This document shows positions 18,685 through 27,782 of a DNA stretch of 64,000 nucleotides, piece by piece. The notes below the pieces were generated by a model that saw nothing but the letters and a program-made list of their open reading frames with translations, did not search any database and was not told the DNA's origin. Made by a program: the position numbers and the translations under genes. The stretch's first letter is position 1; every line of letters begins with the position of its first letter. Source of the stretch: Fimbriimonadales bacterium (GTDB lineage Bacteria; Armatimonadota; Fimbriimonadia; Fimbriimonadales; GBS-DC); the NCBI GenBank assembly GCA_025998675.1, contig AP024673.1, positions 459,221-523,220 on the forward strand, given 5' to 3'.

Positions 18685-19278
18685 ATGATGCGTAAACACA
18701 CCCGAGGTTTGGCGTATCTAACAGTTCTGGCGATGCTGGTCGGCTCCCTGCAGTCGGTGCAGGCGCAAGCGGTGACCTACCGCATCGACCCCGTTCACTC
18801 GTTCATCATTTTCCGTGTGAAGCACCTGAACACGGGCTTCGCCTATGGACGCTTCAACACCTTTTCGGGCACGATCGTGGTGGACGAGCGCAACCCCGCG
18901 AACAGCTCCATCGAGCTGGAGATTGACGCGAACAGCGTGGACACGGGCAACAGCCAGCGCGACGACCACCTGCGCAATCCCGATTTCTTCAACACGCGCC
19001 AGTTCCCCAAGATTACCTTCAAGAGCACGCGCGTGCGCAAGATAAACGACACGACCGTCGAGGTGCAGGGCAACCTGACCGCTCGCGGCGTGACGCGCCC
19101 TGTCACGGCGCGAGTCACCTTCACGGGCAAGGGGCGCAACCAGCGCGGACAGGAGATTATCGGCTTCGAGACCACCTTCACCATCCGCCGCAGCCAGTTC
19201 AACATCAACTACGGCTTGAACGGCGGTCTGGCGGATGAGGTGCGCGTCACCTTCGCCGTGGAGGGCATTCGCCAGTGA
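18685..19278 (+). CDS. YceI-family periplasmic polyisoprenoid-binding protein
   Basis: Signal peptide, then YRIDPVHSFIIFRVKHL ... GNSQRDDHLRNPDFFN ... TARGVTRPV. Start at ATG 18685 is preceded by aaggaggag. Confidence 0.85.
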   Translation: MMRKHTRGLAYLTVLAMLVGSLQSVQAQAVTYRIDPVHSFIIFRVKHLNTGFAYGRFNTFSGTIVVDERNPANSSIELEIDANSVDTGNSQRDDHLRNPDFFNTRQFPKITFKSTRVRKINDTTVEVQGNLTARGVTRPVTARVTFTGKGRNQRGQEIIGFETTFTIRRSQFNINYGLNGGLADEVRVTFAVEGIRQ

Positions 19279-20138
19279 GCGTTGTGATTGAAAGTGCGCT
19301 GACGGCGGGGCTGGCGTCTCTGGCGGCTGGTCTGTTCTGGCTGCTGGGCTGGCGGCTCCGCCGCGCCCACGCGCTGATGAGCGCGCTGGGCGTGAGCGTG
19401 GGCTTTCTCGTGCTTTACTGGCGCGTGCAGGGACGCCCGGACTTTCCCCCGATAGACGCGACGCAGTGGGTCTTCTGGCACGCGCTGTTTGTGCTGCCGC
19501 TCGGCTGGCTCGCGGGGATTGGCGCGTCCTATCGATGGGTGTGGGTATGGGGCGCACTGCTGGGCGCGCTGTGGCTGTTCGCGCCGCCGTTCCTACCGCT
19601 GCTGGAGTCGGGCTTCTGGCAGATGCCTGTGGGCGTGGGATACATCGTGGGCTTCGCGCTGGCGACCTGGCTGCTGATGACGCTGAGCGCGCCGCTGGGT
19701 GAGGAGCGCGGGCTTGCGACGCCGTTTCTGATTGCTCTAGTGGGCGGGGTGAGCGCGGGCGTGCTGTTCTACGGCGGCAAGAGCGCGTCGCTGGCGCAAC
19801 TGGCGGGCACGCTGGGTGCGGTCGTGGGCGTCGGTGTGCCGCTGGCGTTCCTGCGTGGGTTCGCGATTGGGCGCGGCGCGGTGGCTGTGGCGATGTTCCT
19901 GTTTATGCTGTTGTGGACGACTGCGCTGGGCTTTGCGAACCTCACACTGGGGCAGCTGGCGCTACTGTACCTGCTTGCCCTGACGCCTGCACTGCGGCTG
20001 TTGCCCTTTGTGCAGCGCTGGTCGCCCATCGCGCGGTTTGCCCTGCCTGCAGCAATTCTATTGCTGGTCGGCGGCGCGTTCGTCGGAATCGCCTACAACG
20101 CGTACATGGCGCAGAGCGGCGACTACTATAGCTACTGA
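19275..20138 (+). CDS. Polytopic membrane protein, unknown function
   Basis: Hydrophobic throughout (at least 7 predicted helices by eye). GTG start overlapping the yceI stop. No motif recognised. Confidence 0.5.
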   Translation: MSVVIESALTAGLASLAAGLFWLLGWRLRRAHALMSALGVSVGFLVLYWRVQGRPDFPPIDATQWVFWHALFVLPLGWLAGIGASYRWVWVWGALLGALWLFAPPFLPLLESGFWQMPVGVGYIVGFALATWLLMTLSAPLGEERGLATPFLIALVGGVSAGVLFYGGKSASLAQLAGTLGAVVGVGVPLAFLRGFAIGRGAVAVAMFLFMLLWTTALGFANLTLGQLALLYLLALTPALRLLPFVQRWSPIARFALPAAILLLVGGAFVGIAYNAYMAQSGDYYSY

Positions 20139-20214
20139 ATGAAAACCGCGTGAAATCCTCGCTTCTGTGGGCACGCAGGTATACTTCAGGGCGTCTAAGG
20201 TTCTGGAGGCGACT

Positions 20215-21633
20215 ATGCGAATTGTGGCGTGCTGGACACTGATGATTGGATTGTTGGGAACGATGGGTGCTCAGTCCGTGCAAGAGGCGGTCAACCTCGC
20301 CAATCAGGGCAAAACGCAGGAGGCGATTGAACGGTTTGAGGCGCTCTATCAGCGCGATGAGAACAACCCGACCGTCGTGAACTGGCTGGGATACCTGTAC
20401 CTCAAAGCAGGCAAGTACGCTGAAGCGGTTCCCATGCTGGAGAAGGCGACTCAGCTCGCGCCGCGCAACGCAGAGGCGTGGAACAATCTCGGCAACGCCT
20501 ACCTGCACACCAACCAGCTGGAGAAGTCCATCAACGCCTACCGCAAGGCGATAGAAATCAAGCCCAGCGACGCCGACGCGCACTACAATCTGGGCAACCT
20601 GTATACAAAAACGCGCCAGTATCAGAAGGCGGTGGAGCATTATCAGCAAGCCATCCAGTCCAATCCGCGCGATGCGAACGCGCACAACAACCTCGGCTAC
20701 GCTTATCAGATGATGCGGCTGCCTGCGCGAGCGGCGCAACATTACAAACGCGCGACCGAGTTAGACCCGAACAACGCCACCTTCAAGTTCAACTACGCGC
20801 TGGTGCTGGCGGAGCAGGGTCAGTGGCAGCAGGCGGCGAACCTGCTGGAGCAGGCGATGCCCAAAATGCCCAACGAAGCCAGCGGCTGGCTCAAACTGGG
20901 CGAAGCGTACGCACGCCTGCGTCAGCCTGAGAAAGCCATCCAGACCCTGCAGAAGGGCGTCGCGGCGAATCCCGACAATCCCGACCTGCACTACAATCTG
21001 GGCGTGGCGCATGTGCAGCGGGGCAATCTGGCGGCGGCGGCGACCGCGTTCGAGAACGCGCTGAACCTGCGCCCCAACGATGCCGACGCGCTCAACCAGC
21101 TCGGTTTTGTGCAGCTGCGCCAGCGACGGCTTGATGACGCCGAAGCCACACTCCAGCGCGCGCTTGAAGTCAACCCGCGCCTGACCAGCGCACGGCTGAA
21201 CCTTGCGACGGTCAAACGGCTGAAGGGCGACAGCGAGGAGGCGCTCAAGCTCTACCAGCAGGTGGTCGCCGAGAACCCCAAGAGTCAGGAGGCGCGGCTG
21301 GCAATTGGCGACCTGTTGATGGAGAAGGGCGACCTGCGCGGCGCGGAGGCGCAGTATCGCGCCGTGCTGAAAGAGAACGAGCGCTCGCATGTGGCGTGGA
21401 ATAATCTGGGGCTGGCGCTGATGCGCGCCAACCGTTTTCAGGAGGCGATTCAGGCGCTGGAGCGTGCGGTCGCGCTCAGCCCGCGCACGGCGATTTATCA
21501 CAATAACCTTGGCGCGGCTTACGAACGCGCGGGGCAGGTCGCCAAAGCGCGCACGATGTATCAGGAGGCGCTCAAACTTGACCCCAAATTGGAAGATGCC
21601 CGCAAAAACCTGCAACGGCTGGCGAATCGATAA
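20215..21633 (+). CDS. Secreted TPR-repeat protein
   Basis: Signal peptide MRIVACWTLMIGLLGTMGAQS, then more than 10 canonical 34-aa TPR units (AEAWNNLGNAYLHTNQLEKSINAYRKAIEIKP...). ATG 20215 is preceded by ggagg. Confidence 0.85.
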   Translation: MRIVACWTLMIGLLGTMGAQSVQEAVNLANQGKTQEAIERFEALYQRDENNPTVVNWLGYLYLKAGKYAEAVPMLEKATQLAPRNAEAWNNLGNAYLHTNQLEKSINAYRKAIEIKPSDADAHYNLGNLYTKTRQYQKAVEHYQQAIQSNPRDANAHNNLGYAYQMMRLPARAAQHYKRATELDPNNATFKFNYALVLAEQGQWQQAANLLEQAMPKMPNEASGWLKLGEAYARLRQPEKAIQTLQKGVAANPDNPDLHYNLGVAHVQRGNLAAAATAFENALNLRPNDADALNQLGFVQLRQRRLDDAEATLQRALEVNPRLTSARLNLATVKRLKGDSEEALKLYQQVVAENPKSQEARLAIGDLLMEKGDLRGAEAQYRAVLKENERSHVAWNNLGLALMRANRFQEAIQALERAVALSPRTAIYHNNLGAAYERAGQVAKARTMYQEALKLDPKLEDARKNLQRLANR

Positions 21634-22484
21634 TGGCGGATGTGCTGATAGTGTTTAATGTGGGCAAGCCCGAAGCGGCGCGCCACGCGCAGGAGACGGC
21701 GCAGTGGCTGCGCGCGGCAGGGTACGGCGCGGTGCTTGCCGATCAGCCGACCGCCGCCCGCTGGAGCGAGCCGCCAGACCCGAATATCGCGCTGGTCATC
21801 ACACTGGGCGGGGACGGCACGCTGCTTACAGGCGCGGCAATCGCCGCCCCCGCAGGCGCGCCCCTGCTGGGCGTGCATCTGGGCAGGTTCGGCTTCATCG
21901 CGCAGGTCGAGCCAGAGAACATCACCGCCGCGCTCCAGCGCTGGCAGGCGGGCGACTATCAGGTGCAGGAGCGGTTGATGGCGCAGGCGCGAGTCGACGA
22001 CGAGGCGCGCGTCGCTATCGCGCTGAACGAGATCACGCTGCTGCGGATGCCCACCGCGCCGATGCTGGACTTCACGATTTGCGTGAATAACCTGCTGTTG
22101 ACCACCTACCCTGCCGACGGCTCGCTGGTCGCCACGCCGACGGGTTCAACGGCGTATGCGCTCTCGGCGGGCGCGCCCGTGGTGCATCCGCAGACGGAGG
22201 CGCTGATACTCACGCCCATCTCGCCGCACACGCTCGGCGCGCGCCCGCTGGTGCTGCCCCCCACGGCGCGTATCAGTATCACGCTCCACTGCGCGGCGAC
22301 GAACGAGCCAAACGCGCAAGCCATCATGACCGCCGACGGCAGACGCCATCGGACGCTGGAGATGGGGCAGACGGTGCATATCACCGCCGCCCCCTACCGC
22401 GTGAAGCTGCTTTCGTTCAACGAAGGGGAGTTTTTTGAGAAGCTGCGCGACCGCCTGCTCTGGGGCGCACGGGTGAACGAGTAG
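21633..22484 (+). CDS. nadK: NAD kinase
   Basis: GGDGTLL motif, NEITLLR, and GSTAYALSAGAPVVHP, typical of NadK/PpnK. Confidence 0.9.
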   Translation: MADVLIVFNVGKPEAARHAQETAQWLRAAGYGAVLADQPTAARWSEPPDPNIALVITLGGDGTLLTGAAIAAPAGAPLLGVHLGRFGFIAQVEPENITAALQRWQAGDYQVQERLMAQARVDDEARVAIALNEITLLRMPTAPMLDFTICVNNLLLTTYPADGSLVATPTGSTAYALSAGAPVVHPQTEALILTPISPHTLGARPLVLPPTARISITLHCAATNEPNAQAIMTADGRRHRTLEMGQTVHITAAPYRVKLLSFNEGEFFEKLRDRLLWGARVNE

Positions 22485-23622
22485 CGCGGATGCGGGCAAC
22501 CTCCTGACGCAACACCTCCACCGTGTAGGCGAGGTCGTCCCATGTCGTGTCGCGTCCCAGCGTGAAGCGCACGCCTTCCTGCGCCGCCGTCTCGTCCCAG
22601 CCCAGCGCGAGCAGCACATGTGACGGCTCCAGCGACCCCGCGCTGCACGCCGCGCCGCTGCTGGCGGCAATCCCCGCCCGATCGAGCGCAATCAGCAGGC
22701 TATCGGCGGGCGCGCCCGCAAACCGAAAGTGCGCGTTGCCGGGCAGCCGCTCCGTCGGGTGTCCCGTCAGCGCGGCGTCGGGGATGGTCTCCAGCACAGC
22801 GTGAATGAACTGGTCGCGCAGGGCGGTCTGGCGTTCGGCTTCGGCGGGAATGGTCGCCTGCGCGAGTCGCACCGCCTCTGCGAAGCCCACGATGCCCGCG
22901 ACATGCTCCGTGCCCGCCCGACGGTCGCGCTCCTGCCCGCCGCCCACCATCAGCGGCTGCAGAGGGGTCAGCGCCCGCACATAGAGCGCGCCGACGCCCT
23001 TCGGTCCGTAGAGCTTGTGCGCCGAGACGCTCAGCAGGTCGCAGCCAATCGTCGCCACATCCACAGGCAGCAGCCCGAAGGTCTGCACCGCGTCCACATG
23101 GAACCACACGCCGCGCTCCCTGCAGATTCGGGCAATCGCCTCGACGGGCTGCAGCGTACCCATCTCGTTGTTGGCGTGCATAATCGACGCCAGCCATGTC
23201 TCGTCGCGGATGCGGGCGCGCACGGCGTCGGGGTCTACCTGCCCGTAGCGGTCCACGGGGATGTAGTCCACCGTGTAGCCCAGCGAGATGAGCCACTCGG
23301 CGGCGTGTAACACGCAGTGATGCTCAATCGCCGAAACAAGGATGTGCCTGCGATGGGGCGGAGCCTTGAGGGCGCAGCCGATGACGGCAAGGTTGCACGA
23401 CTCCGTGCCCGACGAGACGAAGAGAATCTCAGCGGGGTCGGCGTTCAGCGCGGCGGCGACGGTCTCGCGGGCGGCGTCCAGCGCCATCCGCGCGCGCCTG
23501 CCCCAGCGATGCAAACTGGACGGGTTGCCGTACTCCGCCTTCAGGTACGGCTCCATCGCCCGCCGCACCCGCGGGTCTAACGGAGTCGTCGCCGCATGGT
23601 CTAAATAAACCGCGCGCATCAT
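22417..23622 (-). CDS. Cysteine desulfurase (NifS/IscS class V aminotransferase)
   Basis: Starts MMRAVYLDHAATTPLDP and has SAHKLYGPKGVGALYVR (PLP-lysine) and SSGAACS (active-site Cys loop). The rest of listed ORF 22417..24054 is an upstream extension. The 3' end overlaps nadK convergently by 68 nt. Confidence 0.88.
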   Translation of the reverse strand: MMRAVYLDHAATTPLDPRVRRAMEPYLKAEYGNPSSLHRWGRRARMALDAARETVAAALNADPAEILFVSSGTESCNLAVIGCALKAPPHRRHILVSAIEHHCVLHAAEWLISLGYTVDYIPVDRYGQVDPDAVRARIRDETWLASIMHANNEMGTLQPVEAIARICRERGVWFHVDAVQTFGLLPVDVATIGCDLLSVSAHKLYGPKGVGALYVRALTPLQPLMVGGGQERDRRAGTEHVAGIVGFAEAVRLAQATIPAEAERQTALRDQFIHAVLETIPDAALTGHPTERLPGNAHFRFAGAPADSLLIALDRAGIAASSGAACSAGSLEPSHVLLALGWDETAAQEGVRFTLGRDTTWDDLAYTVEVLRQEVARIRATRSPVRPRAGGRAASQKTPLR

Positions 23623-24695
23623 CGGATGAGTTTGCCCGTGAGCAGTTTGTAGATGTCGAGCGAAAAGACCGTCACGAAAATCATCAGCACGATAATCAGC
23701 CCTGCGAACTGCACGCGCGCCATCGCTTCGGGGCTGAGCTTGCGGCGGCGGATGGCTTCCACCGTGAATATCATCAGATACCCGCCGTCCAGCACGGGAA
23801 TCGGCAGCAGGTTGATGATGCCCAGCATCACGCTGAACTTGGCGGCGAAGTCGGCGACCTCCACGATGCCCAGCTTCGCCGTTGCGTTGGTCGCGCTGGC
23901 GATGGAGATGATACTGCCCACCTCGTGAATGCTGCCCTCGCCGAACACCATGCGGCGCAGCCCGTCCACAATCGCGACGGTCATCCCGACGGTCATCAGC
24001 CCCGCGTGCGCCAGCACTTGCACGAACGGCTCGCGCTTGCGCTGTACATGCCACAGCACGCCGATTTGACCGATTTTCTGCGGCTTGCCGTCTATCTCGG
24101 CGTCCACCTCTTTCGGCGTGATGGCGACGGTGAACGGCTCGCCGTCGCGCTCAAGGGTCAGGCGCAGGGGCTTGTTGGCGCTGGCGCGAATCATCTGCCC
24201 CGCCTGCTCGGTCGTCTTCACAGGCTCGCCGTTGATGGCAATCAGCACATCGCCCGTGCGCAGTCCCGCCGCCTGCGCGGGCGAGTCGGGCATCACCATC
24301 CGCACCTGCGGCGTCGGGTCGTCCAGCGAAGGCAGCCCCGCCGTCAGCCCAATCGCCACAAACAGCAGGTAGCCAAACAGAATGCTCGCCAGCGGTCCCG
24401 CCAGCACGGTCAAAAACCGCGCATAGAGCGGCTTGGACTGGAAACTGCCCTCCAGATGCTCCTCGTCGGGCATCATGCCGGGGATTTTGACGAACCCGCC
24501 GATGGGCAGCGCGCGCAGGGTATAGAGCGTGCCGTCGCGCCCGCGCCAGAGCCGCAGCAGGATGGGACCAATCCCGATGGCGAACTCTTCGACCTTCATC
24601 TTGAACCGCTTGGCGACCCACATGTGCCCGAACTCGTGCGCCGCCACCAGCAGCGTGAAAATCCCCACTAAGTAGACAATCGTCAGCAGCGTCAT
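23619..24695 (-). CDS. rseP: Site-2 zinc metalloprotease RseP
   Basis: HEFGH zinc motif in TM1, a central PDZ (GLRTGDVLIAINGEPV), and a C-terminal NLLPIPVLDGG motif. Confidence 0.9.
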   Translation of the reverse strand: MTLLTIVYLVGIFTLLVAAHEFGHMWVAKRFKMKVEEFAIGIGPILLRLWRGRDGTLYTLRALPIGGFVKIPGMMPDEEHLEGSFQSKPLYARFLTVLAGPLASILFGYLLFVAIGLTAGLPSLDDPTPQVRMVMPDSPAQAAGLRTGDVLIAINGEPVKTTEQAGQMIRASANKPLRLTLERDGEPFTVAITPKEVDAEIDGKPQKIGQIGVLWHVQRKREPFVQVLAHAGLMTVGMTVAIVDGLRRMVFGEGSIHEVGSIISIASATNATAKLGIVEVADFAAKFSVMLGIINLLPIPVLDGGYLMIFTVEAIRRRKLSPEAMARVQFAGLIIVLMIFVTVFSLDIYKLLTGKLIR

Positions 24696-24824
24696 GGTAG
24701 TCCTCTGCAGGGGCGTACCCCACCTCTATATTATGGCACATGCGGGGCGTCTGGCATGCGTTGGCGGAAAACCTGCCCCGTGCTGGCAGGAAACGCCCGC
24801 GCACGTGCGAATCATTAATACTTT

Positions 24825-25391
24825 ATGTGCGCAGACTCTGGATGTGTGCCAGCGATGGAAGTGCAGGGCGTGGAGATTGAGGCGACCATCCCGTGCGCGG
24901 AGGGCAAGACGCATCCTGTTCGCCTGCGGTTCACAGGCTGGGGCGAGTACGAGGTCGTGCAGAACCCCTGTGCGGAGGTGCTGGGGGAGGCGCTGGCGCG
25001 GATGGCTACCTGCAGCCACGCCCTGCAGGACAAGAGCTGGTGGGCAAGCACCGCATCGAGAAAACAAGTCGTGGAATCGCTGAGGCAGTCGGGCGCGCTT
25101 GCCGTACCCATCCTCATTCAGGCGCTGGGGGATGGGGATAGTGGTGTTCGCGTGGCGGCGTGTAGGGCGTTGGGGCAGATAGGCGATTCGCAAGCTGTGC
25201 CCGCGCTCATAGAACGGCTGGGGGATGAAGAACAGAGCGTTCGCGCGGCGGCGTGTGGGGCGTTGGGGCAGATTGGCGACTCCCAAGCCGTGCCTGCGCT
25301 TATTGGGGCAACGAGAGACTCAAGCAGTGAGGTTGTCAACGCGGCGCGTGAGGCGCTGCAGCAGATTCTGGCGAAAAACACGCAGGGTTAG
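24825..25391 (+). CDS. HEAT-repeat (PBS-lyase type) protein
   Basis: Tandem units of about 31 aa: GDSGVRVAACRALGQIGDSQAVPALIERL / EEQSVRAAACGALGQIGDSQAVPALIGAT. The Cys-containing N-terminal region is unassigned. Confidence 0.7.
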   Translation: MCADSGCVPAMEVQGVEIEATIPCAEGKTHPVRLRFTGWGEYEVVQNPCAEVLGEALARMATCSHALQDKSWWASTASRKQVVESLRQSGALAVPILIQALGDGDSGVRVAACRALGQIGDSQAVPALIERLGDEEQSVRAAACGALGQIGDSQAVPALIGATRDSSSEVVNAAREALQQILAKNTQG

Positions 25392-25459
25392 CCTCTGCTT
25401 GCCGCCGCCCTGCCCAACCCGCTGTGAACGGGCTGGCCAGTAGCCCTCACCCCTTTTGT

Positions 25460-25487
25460 CCCCTCTCCCAAGGGGTTGGGAGAGGGG
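25460..25487. repeat. Perfect 12-bp-stem palindrome (REP-like hairpin) in the IS left end
   Basis: cccctctcccaa-gggg-ttgggagagggg. It lies 69 nt after the stop of the HEAT-repeat gene and could also act as its terminator. Confidence 0.6.
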
Positions 25488-25768
25488 GATGGCGCGTCGT
25501 GCGAGGCTTGCACGGCTCCCCTCTCCCGCCGCGCGGGCTTAAAGGGGTAGGTTTTTTCGCAGGGGCACAAACCAGCCTCCCCAACACCGCCAAAAACCCT
25601 GAAAAACGCCACATCACCACAGCCGTCTCCCCCCAATACGCGCCCAACTAAGCCACACATCAGCCATACCCCACCCCTAAACACCTCTGCACACACCCGC
25701 CACGCGCCAACAACCGCACACGCCTGCCCCACACAGCACGCAGACGCGCCGCACACACAACGCATAAC

Positions 25769-26896
25769 CTACTTGCCCCGACGCGGCGGCGCACGCGACG
25801 AACGCTCCCAATCCGACAACATACCCCACGCCCCAGCATCCCCCGAAAGCCACTGCGCCCACAACGCCAGCCGCCCCAACCGAAAACAACTCACCTTGCC
25901 ACGCGCCCCCAACCGCGCCTCGTCCACAGAACCCCCAACGCTCATCACCCACAGCGTCGCTATCGCCAACGCCAACCACACACGCGCCGCACGCGCACCA
26001 TCCTGCATCTGCGTCCTGTGCCACTGCCAGCCCCGACGCTTCAAGTCCGAAAACCCGCTCTCTATCCACGCCCGCTTCGCGTACCACGCAACGCACGCCT
26101 CCTCAGGCGACAGGTCGGTCACAATCAGCCACGCTTCTTTGTGCCCAACTTCCCAGCACGCCAACAGCGTACACGGCAACGGGTTCGCTTTGAAACACAC
26201 CACACGCCCGCACCAGTGCGTGCCCGCGCACGGCGCAACCGTCGCCAACTCGCGCACCGTCGGGTCGTTCTCCAGATGATACTGCCCTTGTGCGTTGATG
26301 CGCAAAAACGGATGCCACCCCAGCGCCGTAATCAACTCAAACAGCCACGGGGCGTACAGCCCTCTATCGGCGCAGACCAACACCGTCCAAGAAGCAGGGA
26401 TGCTCCCCTGCAACGCGCGCAGCAGGGCTTCCCAGTGGGGACGCCAGCTGCCCTGTTGCGTGGCAGGGAGTATCTTCCACGCGACAGGCAGAGCGCGTCC
26501 GCGATACAGCACACTGACCGTGAGGGCGGTAAAGCGTTGTCCGAGAGTGGTGGCGTCTAAGGCAAGTATCAGGCGTGTATCGCTCCAGAGGTGGGTAATC
26601 CAGCGCATCAGGGGCGCGAAGCAGGTGGCGGGGTCAAGTTCGCGTCGGTGGGTTCCTTTTTTGTGGGAGGCGTCTTTATAGTATTCGCGCAGGCGTTGGC
26701 GGACGGTGTTGAAGGGTTGGTTGAGCAGGAGAGCGAGGCAAGTCGCGAGGGTGGTCAGTCCGCAGGTACTGGTCGCGACGATCCCGAAGCTGTAGAGGGC
26801 GAGGGTGTAGGCTTGGGGTTTTGTGAGGTGTGGCAGATGGGTGCGGATGGTCAGGTATAGTTGTTCCAGTCGTTCGAGAGCCGTCGTTGTGTGCAT
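25769..26896 (-). CDS. DDE transposase (IS4/IS701-like)
   Basis: LALDATTLGQRF (D1), VLVCADRGLYAPW (D2), and the C-terminal YAKRAWIESGFSDLKRRGWQWHRTQ (Y-x2-R-x3-E-x6-K type block). Confidence 0.85.
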   Translation of the reverse strand: MHTTTALERLEQLYLTIRTHLPHLTKPQAYTLALYSFGIVATSTCGLTTLATCLALLLNQPFNTVRQRLREYYKDASHKKGTHRRELDPATCFAPLMRWITHLWSDTRLILALDATTLGQRFTALTVSVLYRGRALPVAWKILPATQQGSWRPHWEALLRALQGSIPASWTVLVCADRGLYAPWLFELITALGWHPFLRINAQGQYHLENDPTVRELATVAPCAGTHWCGRVVCFKANPLPCTLLACWEVGHKEAWLIVTDLSPEEACVAWYAKRAWIESGFSDLKRRGWQWHRTQMQDGARAARVWLALAIATLWVMSVGGSVDEARLGARGKVSCFRLGRLALWAQWLSGDAGAWGMLSDWERSSRAPPRRGK

Positions 26897-27070
26897 AGTA
26901 GGGATTGTATCCCATCGGTTGGCGGCTCTCTTTTTTTGTGTGTCGGGCTACCCCCAAAAAACCTACCCCTTTAAGCGCCGCGCGGGAGAGGGGCTGGGGG
27001 TGAGGGCAAACAGTGCGTGGCTCTGACTGTAAGCGCACAGCAATTACGAAGCGTGACGCGCCGATTGATA

Positions 27071-27307
27071 TTAGCACCCATCCCCAAAGCTAAACAACAC
27101 CGTCAGCAAGTCCGCGTCGTCCACAATGCCGTCGTTGTTGAGGTCTTCCGCGCCGCCGCTGTTGCCAAATGCGAACAGCACCGCGAGCAGGTCAGCGTCG
27201 TCCACACAGCCATTCTGGTCAACATCTCCTGAATGCGCCGCGCAACCAACGAAACCGGCAAGGTCTCCCGGACCGCTGTTGTATCCACCACGATGCGCTG
27301 AAAGCAC
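27071..27307 (-). CDS. Dockerin-only mini-ORF (likely gene remnant)
   Basis: The 78-aa ORF consists of two Ca-loop/helix repeats: GDVDQNGCVDDADLLAVLFAFG and EDLNNDGIVDDADLLTVLFSFG. It has no signal peptide and no catalytic or structural partner domain. Confidence 0.45.
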   Translation of the reverse strand: MLSAHRGGYNSGPGDLAGFVGCAAHSGDVDQNGCVDDADLLAVLFAFGNSGGAEDLNNDGIVDDADLLTVLFSFGDGC

Positions 27308-27378
27308 ATCAGATCTGGGGCTAAGGTTCGTCTTTGCAGGGAGTCCCGCGTCCGTATGCTCTGGTCTACCACCCGTGC

Positions 27379-27782
27379 CTACCAGGGTTCTGACACGATG
27401 CGTAGTCCCTCAACACGCTCGAAATGGCGCGGATTCGTCGTCAGCAAGATGAGGTTATGGTGAACACAGGTTGCAGCTATCAACAAGTCTATATCCCCAA
27501 TTAACAGATTCTGCTGACGCAGACGCGCGCGCTCCTGACCAAACCAGCGCGCGATGGGTTCCGTTATTGACAAAATCTCCTTACTGAAATAAAAGCCAAC
27601 AACGCCTGCTCTGCTGTTTGCGGCTCACGAGCGCGGAACACCCCTTCGTAAAGCTCGGCCAGTGAGAGAATGCTAATAGCCACTTGTTCAGAGCCGAGTT
27701 TCAGCAAGTTGTCTGTGTACGCCTGTATGCCGCGCAGATGCCGCACAATCCAGCCCGTGTCCAGCAAATAGGCTGGGTTCAC
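27379..27782 (-). pseudogene. vapC: PIN-domain toxin VapC, interrupted by a 1-nt frameshift
   Basis: The N-terminal part (VNPAYLLDTGWIV...LSLAELYEGV...LAFISV) ends at stop 27564. The C-terminal part (SITEPIARWFGQ...IGDIDLLIAATCVHHNLILLTTNPRHFERVEGL) continues in another frame to 27379. The total span of 404 nt is not divisible by 3. The shift lies near 27575-27580 (gtaaggag). Confidence 0.75.

Larger units (their letters stand above)
25443..27007. mobile_element. IS element (DDE transposase, IS4/IS701-like) with about 50-bp imperfect inverted ends
   Basis: Left end 25518-25557 (cccctctcccgccgcgcgggcttaaaggggtaggtttttt) is the near-perfect reverse complement of right end 26956-26993, and both are preceded outward by gccctcacccc. 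The left end carries about 60 extra bp including a hairpin. I could not identify target-site duplications. Confidence 0.65.

Noticed and set aside
22417-22484. 68-nt convergent overlap of nadK and the cysteine desulfurase 3' ends as a regulatory antisense feature
   Set aside because: The desulfurase C-terminal tail (…RATRSPVRPRAGGRAASQKTPLR) looks like non-conserved read-on into high-GC DNA. There is nothing to indicate function.
25424-25651. Small ORFs 25424..25651 (+), 25447..25647 (-) and 26676..27077 (-) across the IS ends
   Set aside because: They translate the inverted-repeat and palindrome sequence (…PLSQGVGRG…, …PLSRAALKGVGFL…), a known type of artefact over REP/IR DNA.
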